Source: Chlamydiia bacterium (GTDB lineage Bacteria; Chlamydiota; Chlamydiia; Chlamydiales; Rhabdochlamydiaceae). Taken from it: 64,000 nucleotides of DNA. Each line of letters starts with the position of its first letter. Position 1 is the first letter of the stretch. The stretch covers positions 64,001-128,000 of the forward strand of contig CAWDOQ010000016.1 of the NCBI GenBank assembly GCA_963804085.1, in the 5' to 3' direction. Below the pieces are notes generated by a model. That model had not been told where the DNA came from. It saw nothing but the letters and a program-made list of their open reading frames with translations, and made no database searches. The translations under genes and the position numbers were made by a program. Below, in pieces: positions 59,917 to 64,000 of this stretch.

Positions 59917-61017
59917 TCTCGGCACTTTATCGATGCGCTCCAAGGTTTCGAAGTCTAGCGTTGTCGAAGCTGCTCCCATCTCTTGAAACTTGCGGGCGGT
60001 GACGAGCACGCGCGATTCGAGCGAGCCCATCGCCTTGTTGTAGGCGTCGATCGCAGAGGAGAGTCCGCGGCCCATCTTGGTCCAGTGGCCACTCATGTCG
60101 ACAAGGCGCTTATACATCTCGTGGCCGAGCTCGCGCACCTCTTCAGCATGGCGCGAAAGACTCTCCTGCTTCCAGCCATAAGCTACCGAGCGCAGAAGAG
60201 CGATCAGTGTGGTAGGTGTTGCCAGAATCACATTGCTATCTGCCCCGACTTCGATCAGAGCGGGATCAAATTCGAGCGCTGCGCTAAAGAATGTCTCGGC
60301 AGGCAAAAAGAGAACGACAAATTCTGGCGTGGGTTGAAAGCGCTCCCAGTAGGCTTTTTTGCTCAAGCTTGCCATGTGTTGTCTTATCTGACGCGCATGG
60401 TCGCGCATCTTAGCTTCTTTTGCTTTTTCATCTTGCATGTGGATCGCTTCGAGATAGGCTTCGAGCGGTGCTTTTGCATCGACTACCACCTGCCTTCCGC
60501 CGGGGAGATGCACGATCAGGTCGGGTCTTAGATTTCCCTCTTCATGCATGCCGCTCTGCTGCTCAAAAAAGTCGCAGTGGCTGAGCATGCCGGCAAGTTC
60601 CACCACACGTCTTAGTTGGATCTCTCCCCATCTTCCGCGCGCGAGTGGCGAGCGAAGGGCTTTCACTAGATTGGCTGTCTCATGGCGCAGCTCTTTTTCT
60701 GTTTGCAAAAGCGCACGCACTTGTTCTTGCAAAACAACATGGTCTCCCTTGCGCTCTTTTTCAAGCTGCTGCATGCCTAGGCTGATCTTGCTTAAGGTCT
60801 CTTTGACAGGGGCGACCATCTCGGTCGCAAGATCTATGAAAGAGCGGTTGTTTTTTTCTAGAGCATCGTGGGAGAGCGCTTTGAATGTCTCGGCCATGCT
60901 CTTATTCTCCTGCTCAGAAAAGGAGAGACGCAAAACTGCCTCCTTCTTTTTTTCTCTTTCACGTATCCAGAGCCACAAAAGAACAAAAACAGCGAGACAT
61001 AAAGCGTATAGGAGCAT
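59866..61017 (-). CDS. rmuC: DNA recombination protein RmuC
   Basis: RGRWGEIQL, RPD, VVDAK.PL, PEFVVLFLP.E, ATPTTL. Confidence 0.93.
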   Translation of the reverse strand: MLLYALCLAVFVLLWLWIREREKKKEAVLRLSFSEQENKSMAETFKALSHDALEKNNRSFIDLATEMVAPVKETLSKISLGMQQLEKERKGDHVVLQEQVRALLQTEKELRHETANLVKALRSPLARGRWGEIQLRRVVELAGMLSHCDFFEQQSGMHEEGNLRPDLIVHLPGGRQVVVDAKAPLEAYLEAIHMQDEKAKEAKMRDHARQIRQHMASLSKKAYWERFQPTPEFVVLFLPAETFFSAALEFDPALIEVGADSNVILATPTTLIALLRSVAYGWKQESLSRHAEEVRELGHEMYKRLVDMSGHWTKMGRGLSSAIDAYNKAMGSLESRVLVTARKFQEMGAASTTLDFETLERIDKVPRNDLNDQKDANDTNSVL

Positions 61018-61019
61018 CT

Positions 61020-61856
61020 TTAGTCGACCTCTTCCTCTTCGGGTTCAAACTCTTCCAAGGTCTTCGACTTTTTACCTGCTATCAAACGTATTGCTGACAA
61101 GACAAGCGCAAGCAAGATATACCCCCAGGAGACTGTGGCGAGCATGATGGGGAAATAGTAGAGAATGCCATAGAGAACAAAGATCGCAAAAATGACTGTG
61201 AGAAAAACCAGTTGAAAGGAGGGAACGCGGAAGTGGAGTACTTTTAAACTGGGGAATTTCCAGCGGCTGACCATGAAATAGCCGAGGATGATCATCAGCG
61301 TTGGAAGAATAAACGCCTCAGTTCTTGGTGCTAGATGCGTGATACCCTCTCCAAAGGGCGAGGAGAGAAAGAGGTTGGCAGAAACTGCGGCAATCGCAGC
61401 GGCAGGAATGGGCAGACCGGTAAAATGCTTCTTTTGCGCCTCTGCCATATCCGAGTTGCTCTTCGCTTCTCCTGCTTTTACATTAAAGCGCACGAGACGG
61501 AGCACCCCTCCAATCGAGTAGAGCATTGCACCAATAACTGCAAAAAAAGAGAGGCCGGTACCCTGCTCTAAAGAGAGGCTTTTCAAGAGAAGAACAGAGG
61601 GGGCGACACCAAAAGAGATCGCGTCGGCTAAGGAATCGAACATAAAACCAAACTCGCTCTGCGCACGAAAGACGCGCGCAATCGCCCCATCTGCAAAGTC
61701 GGCAAAGGCAGCGACAAGTAGAAGGAGCGCGGCGGATTGGAGGAGTTGATAAGTCCCCGCACCGGGCTCTACCATGTTGACTTTGAAAATCACAAAGAGT
61801 CCGCAGGCTAGGCCAAATGCTGTGATGATATTGGGGAGGAGATTGATTTGTTTCAT
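61020..61856 (-). CDS. pssA: CDP-diacylglycerol--serine O-phosphatidyltransferase
   Basis: PNIIT, DFADG.IAR, G..FDSLAD.ISFGVAP, RLVRFN, FTGLPIP. Confidence 0.92.
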   Translation of the reverse strand: MKQINLLPNIITAFGLACGLFVIFKVNMVEPGAGTYQLLQSAALLLLVAAFADFADGAIARVFRAQSEFGFMFDSLADAISFGVAPSVLLLKSLSLEQGTGLSFFAVIGAMLYSIGGVLRLVRFNVKAGEAKSNSDMAEAQKKHFTGLPIPAAAIAAVSANLFLSSPFGEGITHLAPRTEAFILPTLMIILGYFMVSRWKFPSLKVLHFRVPSFQLVFLTVIFAIFVLYGILYYFPIMLATVSWGYILLALVLSAIRLIAGKKSKTLEEFEPEEEEVD

Positions 61857-61898
61857 ATTGTCAATTTAGCAAAAGCACAGAAAGAATGCTCTTAAAAA

Positions 61899-61977
61899 CG
61901 TGCCCGTGTGCGTGCCCGTGCCCGTGCCCGAATTAATCCGAATCGGGCACAGGCATGCGGGCACGGCAGCGGGCACG
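61899..61977. repeat. GC-rich palindrome, family A copy 3 (opposite orientation)
   Basis: (CGTGCC)n arms around GAATTAATCCGAATC. Confidence 0.85.
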
Positions 61978-62073
61978 AAAAATGAATCGGATTGTGACGT
62001 ATCTCGCTCAATGAGAGTGCTATAAAAATTCTTTTAAGCTCGATTCTTTTTTTTCTAGACTTTATGATTCAGG

Positions 62074-62121
62074 CTACAATATATGGTGTATCAAGAAGCA
62101 AAACCCTACCAGATGTAGTAG
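62074..62121 (+). promoter_or_regulatory. Tandem NrdR boxes
   Basis: CTACAATATATGGTGT (62074-62089) and CTACCAGATGTAGTAG (62106-62121), 32 bp apart, directly upstream of nrdA. Confidence 0.8.
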
Positions 62122-62148
62122 AACCCAACCCTCTTTAGGAGACCCTCT

Positions 62149-64000
62149 ATGCGTAATAAAAGCCCTACTTCCCCAGCAAACCTCCTCGGAGCAATCAAAG
62201 AGAAGGATCAGTCTAATATGAGCGAAAAACAGTTCAGTGTCGTCAAGAGAAATGGCTCTCTTGTCCCCTTCAGAAAAGAGCGGATTTCTCTAGCGATTGA
62301 AGCCGCATTTCGCGACCTGAAAAAGGTGGCAAAAGAAGCTCACCTTCCTACCGACATAAAAGAAGCGGTCGAAGAGGTGACAGATCGTATAGCCGAACAA
62401 CTGGTCACACTCGCTGAAAAGGGCGCCTCTATCACGGTAGAAGGCATTCAAGATCTGGTCGAAGTGACTCTGATGAAGTGCGACCATCACGATGTCGCAA
62501 AGGGCTACATCCTCTATCGCGATCAGCATAAGGCGCTCCGCGAAGACTCTCCACAAAATCTCAAAGTACAGAGAAAAGACGGCACTTTTGCCCGTTTTAA
62601 TCCAATGAAGATCGCCTCTTCGATTGAAGAGAGCTTCCGCCGCACACGAAAGCTCGAAACCGCACCCTCTCCTCAAGAGGTGGTCGATGGAGTGAATCTT
62701 CTCTCGCAGCGCATTGTGGCGCGCGTAGTCGCTCTCTCCAAAGCAGGACAAGTAATAACAGCCGCAGCAATTGAAGATGAGATCGAACAGCTCTTAATGC
62801 GCGAAGGGTTTTGGAACGTAGCTAAAGAGTACATTCTTCATAGAGCCTCTATAGGCGAGCAGACACAACCTCAGGCTGTATTATCCTCAGTAGATGAGAG
62901 AAAATCCATTCGCACTTTCTCCATCGTGCAAACAGATGGGACAACCCGAACGCTTAATGAATCGGAGCTGCATGCAAGACTCAAATTTGCCTGCCGTGGT
63001 CTAGGAGAGCAGGTCTCCTCCTTTGAGCTTTTCGAGAGCGTGATCATCAACTTCTACGAAGGAATGAAAGAGAGCGAGCTGGACCAGGCCTATATTTTGG
63101 CTGCGCGCTCTAAGATCGAAGTGGAGCCGGCTTATTCACAAGTGGCGTCGCGCCTCCTCTTAGACAACTGCTACCGCGAAACGCTGGCAACAAATGCATC
63201 CGACCCCTCTTTAGAATCCAAGCACCGCGCCTATTTTAAAAGCTACTTCAAGCATGCGATCTCGATCCAGAGGATCCATCCCGATCTTCTGCAGTTCGAC
63301 CTGGACATGCTAGCAGGGGCAATCCAGCTGCAGCGCGACGATCTCTTCTCCTACTTAGGGCTGCAAACTCTGTATGATCGCTACTTCATCCACGAGATGC
63401 AAAAACGGCTCGAGACGCCTCAGATCTTCTGGATGCGCGTCGCAATGGGCCTCGCCCTCTGTGAAAAGGAGCGCAAGAATGAGCGCGCGATCGAGTTCTA
63501 CGACGTGCTCTCCAAGTTCCTCTTCGTCTCTAGCACACCGACTCTTTTCAACTCGGGCACGATGCATCCGCAGCTCTCCTCCTGCTACCTCTCGACTGTC
63601 ATGGATGATCTGGGACACATCTTCAAGGTCATCTCGGATGACGCACAGCTCTCCAAGTGGGCAGGCGGCATCGGCAACGACTGGACAAACGTACGTGCAA
63701 CAGGCGCAGTCATCAAAGGGACAAACGGCCGCAGCCAGGGCGTGATCCCCTTCTTAAAAGTCGCGAACGACACAGCAGTTGCAGTCAATCAGTGCTTTGA
63801 TCCGCGCACCTTCCTCTATACAAACAGTGGCATCAAGCCGATTGCAGATGTGCATGTCGGCGATCTCGTCCTCGGAATCAGCGGCCAATACCGCGAAGTA
63901 ATGGAAGAGTACTCCTACAAACAAAATGGTCCGATGCTTGAGCTCGATGTTAAGCACTCTCTTGGCCCCATTACTGTTACGACAGGTCACCCTTTCTATG
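62149..64000 (+). CDS. nrdA: Ribonucleotide reductase alpha subunit with three ATP cones, intein-containing; runs off the window
   Basis: AGGAG RBS and ATG 62149; cones VVKRNG, VQRKDG, IVQTDG; STPTLFNSG, QLSSCY, SKWAGGIG, GVIPFLK. Absent from the ORF track because there is no stop in the window. Confidence 0.95.
   Translation, partial: MRNKSPTSPANLLGAIKEKDQSNMSEKQFSVVKRNGSLVPFRKERISLAIEAAFRDLKKVAKEAHLPTDIKEAVEEVTDRIAEQLVTLAEKGASITVEGIQDLVEVTLMKCDHHDVAKGYILYRDQHKALREDSPQNLKVQRKDGTFARFNPMKIASSIEESFRRTRKLETAPSPQEVVDGVNLLSQRIVARVVALSKAGQVITAAAIEDEIEQLLMREGFWNVAKEYILHRASIGEQTQPQAVLSSVDERKSIRTFSIVQTDGTTRTLNESELHARLKFACRGLGEQVSSFELFESVIINFYEGMKESELDQAYILAARSKIEVEPAYSQVASRLLLDNCYRETLATNASDPSLESKHRAYFKSYFKHAISIQRIHPDLLQFDLDMLAGAIQLQRDDLFSYLGLQTLYDRYFIHEMQKRLETPQIFWMRVAMGLALCEKERKNERAIEFYDVLSKFLFVSSTPTLFNSGTMHPQLSSCYLSTVMDDLGHIFKVISDDAQLSKWAGGIGNDWTNVRATGAVIKGTNGRSQGVIPFLKVANDTAVAVNQCFDPRTFLYTNSGIKPIADVHVGDLVLGISGQYREVMEEYSYKQNGPMLELDVKHSLGPITVTTGHPFY
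63793..64000 (+). mobile_element. Intein N-terminal splicing domain in nrdA
   Basis: After AVAVNQ the frame reads CFDPRTFLYTNSGIKPIADVHVGDLVL...ITVTTGHPFY: block A starting with Cys and block B TxxH. Confidence 0.9.

Noticed and set aside
62290..63990. Short ORFs listed in the track within this span
   Set aside because: Shadows of nrdA, which is open in frame from 62149 to the window end.

Overview
This window looks like part of an environmental chlamydial (phylum Chlamydiota) chromosome. The evidence is a chlamydia-type tmRNA, a three-ATP-cone NrdA, Lpg1974/MOMP-like porins, and the chlamydial gene orders CT021-like/lepB/ileS/ssrA, phoH/CT016-like/CT017-like and rmuC/pssA/nrdA. Housekeeping blocks (about 3.5-14.2 kb and 52.6-64 kb) enclose a mostly accessory region starting at the tmRNA 3' end. 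It opens with a ~10.4 kb integrase island bounded by a 22-bp direct repeat, with phage-satellite-like genes, a LysE/LysR cargo and a Fic gene. Next come further integrase-less modules separated by extra copies of the tmRNA 3' end: F-box-like paralogues plus a porin, a BrnT/BrnA-like TA pair plus a DUF1016 gene cut at the core, and an AAA-DUF4143 ATPase. Other notable items are a tandem array of F-box/beta-propeller-like putative effectors with conserved ends, a pentameric ligand-gated ion channel, several families of palindromic repeats (some nested, some read into ORF ends), and an intein starting in nrdA at the window edge. Several single-base frameshifts, including one in the essential lepB, suggest indel errors in the assembly. 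All family calls come from motif recognition by eye; no searches were run.
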